Under the pieces are notes generated by a model that was not told where the DNA came from, made no database searches, and saw nothing but the letters and a program-made list of their open reading frames with translations. Below, in pieces: positions 54,200-64,000 of a DNA stretch of 64,000 nucleotides. Every line of letters starts with the position of its first letter. Positions within the stretch are counted from its first letter, which is position 1. The position numbers and the translations under genes are program-made. This DNA comes from an uncultured Candidatus Saccharibacteria bacterium (GTDB lineage Bacteria; Patescibacteriota; Saccharimonadia; Saccharimonadales; CAYUUR01), in contig CAZEBF010000001.1 of assembly GCA_964510235.1 (NCBI GenBank), positions 13,001 through 77,000 on the forward strand, read 5' to 3'.

Positions 54200-54312
54200 A
54201 TTGAACTCCTTCGTTTGGTTAAAGGCTACGCGCTCTAAAGATGGCCGTAACCTGAAGTTTACCCAGCACCACTTCTTGGTTGGTGCTGCGGCTGAGTTTT
54301 CAGCTATCAACA

Positions 54313-54341
54313 ATTCTACTACATCCACCCCTGTTAGTCAA
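54313..54341 (-). promoter_or_regulatory. Promoter of rpsF-ssb-rpsR
   Basis: TTGACT-N17-TAGAAT. Confidence 0.7.
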
Positions 54342-54422
54342 CTAACATACCTCACCCTTTGATTTGCCCGCTCATCATGTTTATGCTTCAATAGTAACAA
54401 ATGGACGGAAATAAAAACTGAC

Positions 54423-55130
54423 ATGAGCGACAGGCGCGAACTCATACACCCCGAGTCGCTGCCTCCCCGTGATGTTTGGCTGATTGATCCAACTCAAGAT
54501 AAACTGCCTACTCCCCTTGATCAATACGGTCTTATTGACGTGCCGCGGTTGATTACAGACGTAAAGTCAACGATTGATGCAGACTATGAATGGCCGACCC
54601 AAACACGCATACATCACCTCTACTGGGAGGAGAATAATTACCCATTTATTCCAGGGGTACCTCCTGGATACAACCCACGTACATTCCGCGAGCTGCCTAT
54701 TAATAAGGCTGAGATACCTCTAAAATTCGAGCGGTGGCTGCACGCTATAACTCTAGAACCCAAAGTGCCAGATCCAGAGATTATGCGCTTACGTGTACTG
54801 GCATTCCACCATGCACGGCTGATTTTCAAAAAAGCGCACGGCACCGTCCATGAAGATCGCTTGCTGCAGAAACGACGCCGACAAGTTGCAGCCAATCCGG
54901 GCATTTCAAAGAACATTGTGGACGGAATAGATATTGCGAGCGAAGCCTACTTTGCCGAAACAGTTGACCGCGCTTTTGACGCATTATTAGGACATCTCGA
55001 TGAATATCACTCAATACCAGAGGAGCATCGCCTGATTAAGGAAACCGATGCACCTCAAGATATTGCTACCAAGCTCGGTAAGCTAGTGGTTCCGCCAGCA
55101 CAAAAATACACACTTCTTGTAGCTGCCTAG
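54423..55130 (+). CDS. Hypothetical protein
   Basis: 235-aa ORF filling the gap between rpsF and ftsK; IHHLYW...WLH pattern. Confidence 0.6.
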   Translation: MSDRRELIHPESLPPRDVWLIDPTQDKLPTPLDQYGLIDVPRLITDVKSTIDADYEWPTQTRIHHLYWEENNYPFIPGVPPGYNPRTFRELPINKAEIPLKFERWLHAITLEPKVPDPEIMRLRVLAFHHARLIFKKAHGTVHEDRLLQKRRRQVAANPGISKNIVDGIDIASEAYFAETVDRAFDALLGHLDEYHSIPEEHRLIKETDAPQDIATKLGKLVVPPAQKYTLLVAA

Positions 55131-57337
55131 ACAGTTTTGGAATCGTCGGGGAAGTTTTCGTCGTACATTTCGTCATCGGCCTGCACTTCGCCTGCACCGG
55201 CGCTAAAGACTTCGTCGACAGAATTTATAAGCACCTCTCGCGGTCGAGCTCCGTCTGCAGGGCCAATAATGCCCTGCTCTTCCATAGTCTCAATAATACG
55301 CGCGGCGCGGGCGTAGCCGATACGCAGACGTCGTTGCAGCAAGCTGGTACTCGCCTTGCGACCATCAACCACGACCTGGATTGCATCACGCCACATGTCG
55401 TCGTCAGCTTCGTTGGCGCCGTAATCTGCAACTACTCCACCTTTGCCATTCAACTGCACTGGTTGACTGACAACCTCATCGTCGTATTGCGGCGGTCGCT
55501 GACCACGAATAAAATCGTTGATTTTGTATGTTTCTTCAATCTCAATCAGTGCCGCCTGGACGCGCTTAGGCTTAGGCATGTCGGCGGTCAAAAGCAACAT
55601 ATCACCTTTGCCAAGCAACTTCTCGGCACCCATCTGATCAATAATCGTGCGCGAGTCCACCTGGCTGGCCGTTGTGAAGGCAATACGCGCCGGCACGTTA
55701 GCTTTTATAAGACCAGTAATGACATCGACAGATGGACGCTGCGTGGCGAGAATCAAGTGGATACCAACTGCGCGAGCCTTCTGAGCAATCCGTACAATTA
55801 AGGCTTCTACATCGCGCGCCGCTACCATCATTAGATCCGCCAACTCATCAATAACAATCACAATATACGGCATACCTTCATTCTGTTTAAGGTCGTTATA
55901 CTCTTCAATGTTACGTTTCTTGGCCTCGCCAAGTGTTCGATAGCGACGTTCCATCTCGGCCACAGCCCACTTGAGCGCACTAATACACTTTTCTGGCTCA
56001 GTTATCACGGGCGTGAGTAGATGTGGAATATCTTCGTATGGCGCCATCTCAACCGTCTTAGGGTCAACCAGGATGAGCTTAAGGTCACTTGGGCTGTTGC
56101 GGTATAGCAAACTAGTCAGGATGGTGTTGATCATAACTGATTTACCAGAACCAGTTTGACCGGCTACCAGAAGGTGTGGCATCTTGGCGAGATCAGCCAC
56201 AATTGGTGCACCAGCAATGTCTTTACCGATGGCAAAGCCTAGTGGACTAGTGATCTCGGCCCATTGTGATGACTGCAGCAAACTACTCAATCGAACCGTG
56301 GCTGATTTGATGTTAGGCAGCTCAATACCAACGGCGCGCTTACCTGGAATTGGTGCTTCGATGCGAATAGAGTGTGCTGCCAGATCAAGCGCCAGGTTGT
56401 TTTCGAGTGCAGTAATCTTGGTGAGCTTAATACCCGCTGGCGGTTTGAGCGTGTACTGAGTCACACGCGGGCCTACGTTAGCACCTTCCATATCAACATT
56501 AATATTAAAGTGTGCGAATGATTCTTGAATAGCTTTGGCATTAGCTTCGACATCACCGGGGTTGGCTTTGTCTTGCTTGGCGCTCAACAGCTCAAGTGGT
56601 GGGAACTTCCAGTCAGGGTCGCTGGTGGTTGTCAGGGCTTGGTGAGTCTCGGTTGGCGCAAGTTTTTGAGCAGAGTTTTTGAAGTTGCCGAGTTTGGTGG
56701 CGGCATGATCGCTTGGATGCTCAACAGGTACGTTTTCATTCAGTTTAAAGTGGTTCTCGGCGGCTTGTGACTTAAGCTGCGCCAAATCGTTACCCTCTTC
56801 TGGGCGTGAACGGAAGATATCACCAAGACGCAGTAACACTTTAGGTGAGATGCCAAAAGCGAAGAAGAATGACAGCATTGCAAAGACAAAGAATAATATG
56901 AGAGCCGGAATTTTGTTCAGCGCCGCCAAAGCAGTGCCACCAGTTACAGCACCGAGCACTCCACCGCGGCCTGCCTGGTATAAATCAGTTGTGCCGCTAG
57001 GTATAAAAGCCACGTGTAGCCAGGCAGCAGATAGAATCAAGAACGCGAACATGCCAGCAAGTTTATCAAGGGGGATACGTCGATCTTCGCTGGTAAACTT
57101 GAGCACACCCCAATACACCAACGCGACAGGTGTAAAGTACGCTGCCCAGCCAAACACCACATACATCCAATTGAACATACCAACTGGTAAGTCACCACCA
57201 GCGCCAAAGCCACCGAGTAATAGGAAGAATGCCACCACCATCATGATGATAGCGCCAGCCAACGGCCAAAAGACTGAATCCTTTGGTGCTGCTTGGACTT
57301 TCTTCTTTGCGCGTGTTTGTTTTTTCTTCTTAGCCAT
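55127..57337 (-). CDS. ftsK: DNA translocase FtsK/SpoIIIE
   Basis: N-terminal TMs, PHLLVAGQTGSGKS, IDELADLM, ATQRPS, gamma domain LQRRLRIGYARA. Confidence 0.97.
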   Translation of the reverse strand: MAKKKKQTRAKKKVQAAPKDSVFWPLAGAIIMMVVAFFLLLGGFGAGGDLPVGMFNWMYVVFGWAAYFTPVALVYWGVLKFTSEDRRIPLDKLAGMFAFLILSAAWLHVAFIPSGTTDLYQAGRGGVLGAVTGGTALAALNKIPALILFFVFAMLSFFFAFGISPKVLLRLGDIFRSRPEEGNDLAQLKSQAAENHFKLNENVPVEHPSDHAATKLGNFKNSAQKLAPTETHQALTTTSDPDWKFPPLELLSAKQDKANPGDVEANAKAIQESFAHFNINVDMEGANVGPRVTQYTLKPPAGIKLTKITALENNLALDLAAHSIRIEAPIPGKRAVGIELPNIKSATVRLSSLLQSSQWAEITSPLGFAIGKDIAGAPIVADLAKMPHLLVAGQTGSGKSVMINTILTSLLYRNSPSDLKLILVDPKTVEMAPYEDIPHLLTPVITEPEKCISALKWAVAEMERRYRTLGEAKKRNIEEYNDLKQNEGMPYIVIVIDELADLMMVAARDVEALIVRIAQKARAVGIHLILATQRPSVDVITGLIKANVPARIAFTTASQVDSRTIIDQMGAEKLLGKGDMLLLTADMPKPKRVQAALIEIEETYKINDFIRGQRPPQYDDEVVSQPVQLNGKGGVVADYGANEADDDMWRDAIQVVVDGRKASTSLLQRRLRIGYARAARIIETMEEQGIIGPADGARPREVLINSVDEVFSAGAGEVQADDEMYDENFPDDSKTV

Positions 57338-57363
57338 AAGCGTTAGTAATTATACCACCTATC

Positions 57364-57780
57364 TTAGGTGTTGTCCTCTGTTTGTGTCAACGTTAAAAGC
57401 GTTGGTTGAACAGGCTGTTCAAGCTCAGCCTTGACGGCGGTGATTTGTTGGCCAAGCTTTCTTAGAAAGTTATGGTCACCCGGTGCGACTCTGCCCTGCT
57501 CAATACTCTGTTTGATCTCGTCACGACGCATCTGCAGATCGGAGAGCTCTTCGGTCAGGTCACGAGCGGCACGCTCCTTTGGGTCAACAAAGTAATGCTC
57601 TGGTATTGGCTCGCCCGTTTCATACGAGACTTCGAGCTCATCAAATAAATCACCGAGAGTATACCGCAATCCCATAACTTCCCGCCCTTGATTCATGTAG
57701 TAGTCACTAAACAACTCATTGAGCCCATCGTTAAGCTGATGGAACAACTTGTCTGAGGGAAGCCCAGGTGATGCTGTCAT
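57364..57780 (-). CDS. Hypothetical protein
   Basis: ORF whose second ATG lies 6 nt after TTGACT-N17-TACAAT (57815-57787). Confidence 0.6.
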   Translation of the reverse strand: MTASPGLPSDKLFHQLNDGLNELFSDYYMNQGREVMGLRYTLGDLFDELEVSYETGEPIPEHYFVDPKERAARDLTEELSDLQMRRDEIKQSIEQGRVAPGDHNFLRKLGQQITAVKAELEQPVQPTLLTLTQTEDNT

Positions 57781-57835
57781 GCTCATATTGTAGCACTTTT
57801 TACATCATTAGTCAATGACCAGCTGCTACTGCTGT

Positions 57836-59947
57836 CTAGCTGAGTTGGTCTTTTGAGAGCAGTGCAGCACGCATCTGTGCAAAGCGCTCTTGTGGATCTT
57901 CTGGTGTGGCGTCTGGTTGTTTCTGGGTATCACCGTTGGCAGCAGCATTGCCGTTACCATTCTTTGGCTTCTCGTTGGTCTTGCCCACCACATTCACCAC
58001 TGGGATGACGATTGGCGAACGGTTAGTCTTGTCGAATAAGAAGTGCGTAACGTGCTCACGCAGTTCTTGCTTGAATCGGTCCAGATCAACTCGCTTAAAG
58101 CGCTGTGCAACCGCACGACGTAGCTCTGCCCTAAAGTCATTCATCAATTCTTCAGAATCGCGGATATAGATGAAGCCGCGACTAATGATGTCTGGGCTCG
58201 TCAGAAGTGCACCAGTTTTACGGTCGATTGTGAGCACTACTGCTACTAAGCCTTCTTCGGCTAGCATCAGACGGTCTTTGACAACGATGTTGCTGACCAC
58301 AGCACCAGTTTGGTCAACCAGTAGGCTACCATGAGGCACTTGGCCTGCTGGTTCGTACTTGTCAGCAGTAAAGAGTAGGCTATCACCGTTGTTAGCCAGA
58401 ATAACATTCTCGCGTTTCCAGCCTTCTTCGATAGCCAGTTCAGCGTTATAGCGGCGGCGTAGCATTCCGGCGTGAATTGGCATGTAGTACTTTGGTCGAA
58501 CCATGCGTAGCATATCGCGGTACTCATCACGACGAGCGTGACCAGACACGTGCAATGGGCCACAGCCATCGAGTTCGTGGGTTGGGTGGCGGTACAAATG
58601 TACGCCCAGCTTGGCTAGGTTATTACCGATCATGTCATAGCGGACTTCGTTACCAGGAATTGGTGACGAGCTCACCAGCACAGTGTCGCCTGGCTTGAGC
58701 TTAATGTGGTTGTGCGAGCCTTCGCTCATGCGCATCAGCGCCGCGTTTGGCTCACCTTGCCCACCAGTGGCCATAACGAGGATTTTGTCGTCAGGTAGAC
58801 CTGCTACGTCACGCATAGCCATGATCATGCCCTTAGGTACTTTCAAGATACCTTGGCGCACAGCGATTTCGGCATAGGCCATCATACTGCGACCATCGAG
58901 TGCTACTTTACGACCTGAGGCGACAGCAGCATTGATGATCATTTGAGTACGGTTCATGTTCGAACTAAACACTGCACAGAAGACGCGACCTTGCGCGGCA
59001 ACAATCACGTCATGGAAGCTCTTTTCGAGCGTGTGTTCAGTTGGCGTACGGCCCTCTTTATCGGCGTTGGTGCTATCGGATAGAAGCAGCAAAACACCTT
59101 CATCACCCAGCTCTTCGAGTCGCTTGACATCACTTGGTAAGTGATCAAGCGGTTCTGGGTCGAGACGGAAGTCACCGGTGTTAATGATGCGACCAACCGG
59201 TGTTTCAATACAGACAGCAGTAGCTTCTGGGATAGCGTGTGTAATACGCAGCAGTTCAATAGTAAAGACACCGATCTTAAGACGTTCGTGAGCGTCCATG
59301 TTCATTTTTACCATTTGCGGTGTGAACATTTCTGTTCCTGGAGGTACGTCCTCAAACGTTTTCTCGACAATGCCAAGCGTAAAGCCCGAGCCAAACAGTG
59401 GTGCTGGGAACTTCGGTACGATGTGCTTCAGTCCACCAATGTGATCGAGGTGGCCATGCGTAATAACGTAGCCTTTGATCTTGTGACGAATGCTTTCTAG
59501 GTATGTTGGGTCGGCAATTTCGTAGTTAATACCAGGCAAGTCCACACCGAGGTTGTTGCCGCAGTCCACGATGATTGCATCGTTTTGGTACTCAAAGACC
59601 ATACAGTTCTTTTCACCAACGTCATCAAGACCTCCCAAGAAGGTTAATTTGAGCTTCTCGAAGTCATCAGTCACGCTGTTGGCGCGCTTATCAAGTTTGC
59701 GCATCTCGGCACTTTGATACTCGTTGATTAATTTTTGAGCGGTTTCTGCACTGCGTTTTTGCGCCCGAATTGCGGCACCACGACTGGCTGTCAAGCCATT
59801 AGCAGCTGGCTTTTGACCGTTGCTGCCCTTGCCCTGACCGCTCTTTTGATTATTACGACCGCCGCCTGGGTTGGGTCGTCGATTGTTGTTGCTACGTCCG
59901 CCACTCGGCTTATTGCCTGAGCGCGGTACTTGTTTATTATTCTCCAT
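57836..59947 (-). CDS. rnj: Ribonuclease J
   Basis: THGHLDHIGG, TGDF, DSTNA, GGQGEP and HVSGH motifs. Confidence 0.96.
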   Translation of the reverse strand: MENNKQVPRSGNKPSGGRSNNNRRPNPGGGRNNQKSGQGKGSNGQKPAANGLTASRGAAIRAQKRSAETAQKLINEYQSAEMRKLDKRANSVTDDFEKLKLTFLGGLDDVGEKNCMVFEYQNDAIIVDCGNNLGVDLPGINYEIADPTYLESIRHKIKGYVITHGHLDHIGGLKHIVPKFPAPLFGSGFTLGIVEKTFEDVPPGTEMFTPQMVKMNMDAHERLKIGVFTIELLRITHAIPEATAVCIETPVGRIINTGDFRLDPEPLDHLPSDVKRLEELGDEGVLLLLSDSTNADKEGRTPTEHTLEKSFHDVIVAAQGRVFCAVFSSNMNRTQMIINAAVASGRKVALDGRSMMAYAEIAVRQGILKVPKGMIMAMRDVAGLPDDKILVMATGGQGEPNAALMRMSEGSHNHIKLKPGDTVLVSSSPIPGNEVRYDMIGNNLAKLGVHLYRHPTHELDGCGPLHVSGHARRDEYRDMLRMVRPKYYMPIHAGMLRRRYNAELAIEEGWKRENVILANNGDSLLFTADKYEPAGQVPHGSLLVDQTGAVVSNIVVKDRLMLAEEGLVAVVLTIDRKTGALLTSPDIISRGFIYIRDSEELMNDFRAELRRAVAQRFKRVDLDRFKQELREHVTHFLFDKTNRSPIVIPVVNVVGKTNEKPKNGNGNAAANGDTQKQPDATPEDPQERFAQMRAALLSKDQLS

Positions 59948-59974
59948 ATATTCCTCTCTGTTATTCGTTCAGTT

Positions 59975-60580
59975 TTATTTGGATTCTAGTTGATTAATGA
60001 TAGCGGGGAGCTTGGTGAAATCGTCTATCAAAGTCTGTCGCATGCCGCCGTTATAGAGTGCAGCTGCCGGATGATAGAGCGGTAAAATAACGATTGGCAG
60101 CTCGTCATTATTGTCTTTCATCTGAAGGCGTATACGCTTGGGTTCCCCGTGTATCTCGGATATCTGTAGATCCGGCAAGAAACAATTCGTACTGTGGCGC
60201 CCGAGCGTCACGACCACTTTGGGTTGAATTATTTCTAGCTGGGCCTGCAGGTAGGGCAAAAATGCCTTCTTCTCTTCTGGTGTTGGGTCCCGATTTTCTG
60301 GCGGCCGATACTTCACTATGTTGGTTATGTAGATATCAGACCGTTTTAAATCGATGTGCCCAAGCATCTCATCCAAAAACTTTCCAGCCGCTCCCACAAA
60401 TGGCTTGCCTGACTCGTCCTCTTTCTTGCCCGGAGCTTCGCCGATGAACACGATGTCAGCATCTGGGTTGCCATTGCCAAGAACTAGTTGGGTAGCCTGC
60501 GCTGCGAGTTCTGGACAGACCTTATCTTCCAGAATCTGACTGGCTAGCGCGTCGAGTTGCTGCTGCTTAGTGTTTGCCAT
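59975..60580 (-). CDS. Uracil-DNA glycosylase, family 4-like
   Basis: IGEAPG, PFVGAAG, YITNIVK and YHPAA motifs. Confidence 0.92.
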   Translation of the reverse strand: MANTKQQQLDALASQILEDKVCPELAAQATQLVLGNGNPDADIVFIGEAPGKKEDESGKPFVGAAGKFLDEMLGHIDLKRSDIYITNIVKYRPPENRDPTPEEKKAFLPYLQAQLEIIQPKVVVTLGRHSTNCFLPDLQISEIHGEPKRIRLQMKDNNDELPIVILPLYHPAAALYNGGMRQTLIDDFTKLPAIINQLESK

Positions 60581-60785
60581 TGCGGTACGTCAGTGCCTTA
60601 AAGAGGTTGTTGAATGAACCGATAGAAAATACCAGCGTAAAAAAGTAAGCTATCAAACTACCCGAGTCGATCGCCCATGACACAAAACCATATGCCAAGG
60701 CCGCCTCAATGATCGAGGAGATGCCGTAGCCAGCCCGGGTATGCTTCCAGCTATCGAGTCTATCGATAATGTTACTTTTTGCCAC
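60567..60785 (-). CDS. Small 2-TM membrane protein
   Basis: Overlaps both neighbours in the pnp operon; hydrophobic. Confidence 0.6.
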   Translation of the reverse strand: MAKSNIIDRLDSWKHTRAGYGISSIIEAALAYGFVSWAIDSGSLIAYFFTLVFSIGSFNNLFKALTYRNGKH

Positions 60786-60978
60786 TCTTGTTTCTTTCTA
60801 CTAGTAAGCCAAAAATGAAACCGCTTGTGAGCAACAGCAAACCGCCAGTGCCACCGTAGCCATCATTCTGTACGGCATTGAGGCCCTGGCCTGCCTGCGT
60901 AACAAACGTGAAACCAAAGTAACACGCTACGAGTGCGATAAACAAAAGTGCGTATCTGGCGTTTTTATTCTTGACCAT
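60772..60978 (-). CDS. Small 2-TM membrane protein
   Basis: Starts 5 nt after the pnp stop; two hydrophobic segments. Confidence 0.55.
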   Translation of the reverse strand: MVKNKNARYALLFIALVACYFGFTFVTQAGQGLNAVQNDGYGGTGGLLLLTSGFIFGLLVERNKSGKK

Positions 60979-60983
60979 TGAGG

Positions 60984-63125
60984 TTACCCCTTTTTCTCAT
61001 TAAGTTCGCGTGCGGCAGCTTTCATGCTGAGTTGCAAACGGCCACGATCATCGATAGCTACTAATTTTACTGTGACACTATCGCCTTCTGAGACGACATC
61101 ACTCGGTTTGCTGACGCGTTCTTCGCTCATCTCAGAAACGTGCACCAAGCCATCTTTGCCAGGCATAATCTGCACGAAGGCACCGAAGTCCATGACGCTT
61201 ACAACTGGTACATTCTGGTAGATCTTGCCAACTTCTGGCTCAGCTGTAATTTGCTGCACCATTTGAATGGCAGCGTCGATTGACTTCTTGTCTGGGCTAG
61301 CGATATACACAGTACCGTCGTCTTTGATGTCGATTTCGGCACCGGTTTCGGCAATAATCTTGTTGATGGTCTCGCCACCCTTACCAATAACTTCACGAAT
61401 CTTTTCTGGGTTGATCTGTATTGATTCGACGCGTGGTGCGTATGGGCTGAGCTCGCTCTTGGGTGCGGCCAAAGTTGTCAGCATGTGCTCGAGGATTTCA
61501 GCTCGGCCCTGCTTGCCCTGTTCGAGCGCTTGCTTAAGTATGTTTACCGGCAAACCATGGACCTTCATGTCCATCTGTAAGGCAGTGATGCCTTCAGTCG
61601 TACCAGTGACCTTAAAGTCCATGTCGCCTGCAAAGTCTTCAGCGTCAGCAATGTCGCTCATGATATACGGTTTATCACCGTCGATCATCAAACCCATGGC
61701 AATACCGCTGACTGGTCGTTTAAGCGGCACACCGGCGTCCATCAGTGCTAAACAGCTTGAACATGTTGCCGCCATGCTAGTTGAACCGTTCTGACTCATG
61801 ATCTCGGTGACTGAGCGAATAGTGTACGGGAAGCTGGCTTCATCTGGCAGCACTGCGCTAATGGCACGTTCCGCCAAGTAGCCGTGACCGATTTCGCGGC
61901 GGCCTGGACCCATCAGGCGTTTAACTTCGCCGACTGTCCAACCCGGTGCATTGTAATGGTGCAAGAAGCGGCGCTCACCTTCGCGCTCCATGGTATCAAT
62001 CAGCTGTACATAGCTGAGTGGAGCCAGCGTCACAATGTTCATAGCCTGTGTCAGGCCACGAGTAAAGATACTCGAACCGTGTGCTCGCGGCAAAATACTA
62101 ATTTCACTGCTTAACGGACGAACTTCGGTCAGTTTACGACCGTCAGGACGAATTTGCTTGTCGATAATGCCCTTTCGGACGTCTTTGTGCAGCGCCATGG
62201 TCAGGGCTTCGTGGTATTCGCTCTTAACATCGCTGTAGTCGTCGCCTACTTTTTCTGCAAAAGCTTCATCCATTTGGTCACGGAGAACACTAATCAGATC
62301 GTTACGTTCTGGGTACGGCTTGTGGAGGTTTTCACCGAGCTTACCGTCAACCCAGGCGTCGATTTCTTTCTGAATGTTTTCATCTGGCAAAGTCAGTTCG
62401 TATTCTTGTTTGGTGACACCGATTTTCTTGACCAGCTCTTCTTGCAGTTTGATAGCTGGCTGCATGGCTTCTTGAGCCCACTCCAGTGCTTTGACGACTT
62501 CGTCTTCGGTAGCTTCGTTAGCACCCGCCTCTACCATCATAATACCGTCTTTAGTACCAGCAACCACAAGGTCGAGCTTAGAGTTATCCATCTGTTCGTT
62601 ACTTATGAAGGCTTGGTAGTCATCACCCTTCATGCCAACACGCACACCGGCAACTGGGCCTTCAAATGGTGCACCGGTCAGCATCAATGCTGCAGAAACG
62701 GCCATCATAGCAATCATGTCTGGGCGGAACGCTGGGTCCATGCTCAGAACTGTGGCAATACCTTGGACTTCGTGTCGGTAGCCTTTTGGCCACAGTGGAC
62801 GAATTGGTCGGTCGATGATACGACCGATTAGGATGGCTTCGTCTGACGGACGGCCTTCTCGCTTGATGAATCGGCTGCCACTGATCTTGCCGGCTGCATA
62901 CATTTTTTCTTCGTAATCAATACTGAGTGGAAAGTAGTCAAAACCTTGGACTGGTTTTTTACCAACCATTGCCGTACCGAGTACCACGGTGTCACCGTAA
63001 CGAACCAATACGCTGGCGCTACTTCTAAAACCAACCCGGCCTACCTCTATAGAGAGTGGGCGGCCACAAAAATCAGTTTCTACTTTTACTATTTCTTTTC
63101 CTAGAGGGTTGAGGGTGTTTCCCAT
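60984..63125 (-). CDS. pnp: Polynucleotide phosphorylase
   Basis: Two RNase PH domains (DYFPLS, RRE, DMDFKV) plus KH and S1 domains. Confidence 0.97.
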   Translation of the reverse strand: MGNTLNPLGKEIVKVETDFCGRPLSIEVGRVGFRSSASVLVRYGDTVVLGTAMVGKKPVQGFDYFPLSIDYEEKMYAAGKISGSRFIKREGRPSDEAILIGRIIDRPIRPLWPKGYRHEVQGIATVLSMDPAFRPDMIAMMAVSAALMLTGAPFEGPVAGVRVGMKGDDYQAFISNEQMDNSKLDLVVAGTKDGIMMVEAGANEATEDEVVKALEWAQEAMQPAIKLQEELVKKIGVTKQEYELTLPDENIQKEIDAWVDGKLGENLHKPYPERNDLISVLRDQMDEAFAEKVGDDYSDVKSEYHEALTMALHKDVRKGIIDKQIRPDGRKLTEVRPLSSEISILPRAHGSSIFTRGLTQAMNIVTLAPLSYVQLIDTMEREGERRFLHHYNAPGWTVGEVKRLMGPGRREIGHGYLAERAISAVLPDEASFPYTIRSVTEIMSQNGSTSMAATCSSCLALMDAGVPLKRPVSGIAMGLMIDGDKPYIMSDIADAEDFAGDMDFKVTGTTEGITALQMDMKVHGLPVNILKQALEQGKQGRAEILEHMLTTLAAPKSELSPYAPRVESIQINPEKIREVIGKGGETINKIIAETGAEIDIKDDGTVYIASPDKKSIDAAIQMVQQITAEPEVGKIYQNVPVVSVMDFGAFVQIMPGKDGLVHVSEMSEERVSKPSDVVSEGDSVTVKLVAIDDRGRLQLSMKAAARELNEKKG

Positions 63126-63286
63126 GCTATCTCGTTTCCCGTTATTCACTACAGTGTGCATGTATGGTTCTGGCCTGTGCTGCCAACCATAGCTGCGGCA
63201 CTGGAGTGAAGTACGTTTTGTTTAGTTAATGTGCACAAGTTTATCCGGCTGTCCGTTTGCGGGACGGCCGGACTCATCTGGGCAAA

Positions 63287-63553
63287 TTAGCGGCGGATGC
63301 CGAGTTTTTCGGTAATTTCGAGGTACTTTTTGCTGTCTTTTTTAGCCAAGTAGCGTAACAATCGTTTGCGGTTGCCAACCATCTGCAAAAGACCACGGCG
63401 AGCCATGAAGTCTTTTTTGTTAGTTTGGAGGTGTTCGGTAATTTCTTTGATTCGTTCGGTCAAAATACCAACCTGGACCTCTGGTGAACCAACATCAGTT
63501 TTGCTGGTTTGTAAATCTTTGATAATGGCGCTTTTCTTCTCGGTTGTGATCAT
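63287..63553 (-). CDS. rpsO: 30S ribosomal protein S15
   Basis: DVGSPEVQV...HL..NKKD...RRGL...V..RKRLL.YL; rpsO-pnp synteny. Confidence 0.97.
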   Translation of the reverse strand: MITTEKKSAIIKDLQTSKTDVGSPEVQVGILTERIKEITEHLQTNKKDFMARRGLLQMVGNRKRLLRYLAKKDSKKYLEITEKLGIRR

Positions 63554-63631
63554 ATATTCCTTTAGTTACGTTAGAGATTTGTGATGGCGTTAGGCACAAT
63601 ATATCACAATGGCCCCTGTTGAGCAAGTGTT

Positions 63632-64000
63632 TTACGCAATCGTAATGGTGTCGCCACCGAGGTGACGAGCAAAGTAAGAATCGTGAGAGATATAGATGAT
63701 AGCACCGTTGTAGTGAGCTAGAGCATCTTCGAGCTCTTCGATGCTTGGTAGATCGAGGTGGTTGGTTGGCTCGTCCAGGATTAACACCTGTGGATGCCCG
63801 GCCAGCATGTTAATAAGTTGAAAACGAGCCTTCTGGCCACCACTGAGCCGACTAATCGGTACATCGCCGTCAGTTGCAGGGTTAAACAGATAGTCACTGA
63901 GAAGCTGTTTGACGAGTGATTCACCCACCGGCACGTCTTTGGCCATGTAAGCCCGCTCAATGGCCTCTGATAGCGTCAGAGATAGATAGCTTTCGGCAAT
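63632..64000 (-). CDS. ABC-F family ATPase, 3' part only
   Basis: LSGGQKAR, LILDEPTNHLD and ISHD motifs; the gene begins beyond the right edge. Confidence 0.9.
   Translation of the reverse strand: MAESYLSLTLSEAIERAYMAKDVPVGESLVKQLLSDYLFNPATDGDVPISRLSGGQKARFQLINMLAGHPQVLILDEPTNHLDLPSIEELEDALAHYNGAIIYISHDSYFARHLGGDTITIA

Noticed and set aside
57836-59947. Low-complexity N- and C-terminal extensions of RNase J as a fused novel domain
   Set aside because: They are G/N/R/K-rich and look disordered; such tails are common on RNA-degradation enzymes.
1-64000. CRISPR array, cas genes, rRNA or an autonomous IS
   Set aside because: No regularly spaced repeat-spacer array, rRNA-like segment or transposase ORF was seen by eye.
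1-64000. UGA-recoded genetic code 25
   Set aside because: Long conserved genes are intact in code 11, and TGA serves as a stop in coupled overlaps (8329, 9560, 29636, 30082).

Overview
Chromosomal window of a small-genome monoderm bacterium, most likely Candidatus Saccharimonadia (TM7, Patescibacteria/CPR), standard genetic code. The assignment is an inference from gene content: a PilQ-less type IV pilus locus, a G|DTIVE minor pilin, an EF-P with an MGRG loop, and a giant fibre-like protein. In order, the window holds: a partial GT2; an MFS transporter; tRNA-Gly(CCC) and tRNA-Thr(CGT); an accessory block downstream of tRNA-Asp(GTC); a surface-structure locus (2841-aa fibre-like protein, Ig/PKD protein, DUF916-like protein, two WxL-like proteins, PrsA/SurA foldase); tRNA-Arg(CCT), ndk and a Xer-type recombinase; a complete type IV pilus cluster; and core genes (ychF, tlyA, efp, rpsF-ssb-rpsR, ftsK, rnj, udg, pnp, rpsO). 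Four observations stand out. (1) A ~110-nt three-hairpin non-coding element occurs twice with compensatory stem changes; one copy sits in a 158-bp insert that replaced the tlyA 3' end with a synonymously recoded version. (2) A similarly sized insert duplicates the tRNA-Asp 3' end. (3) Two tandem pilins share a perfect 112-bp 5' block but have divergent heads. (4) The WxL-like and giant-fibre genes may form a second adhesion apparatus. All calls come from reading the sequence only; no database searches were run.
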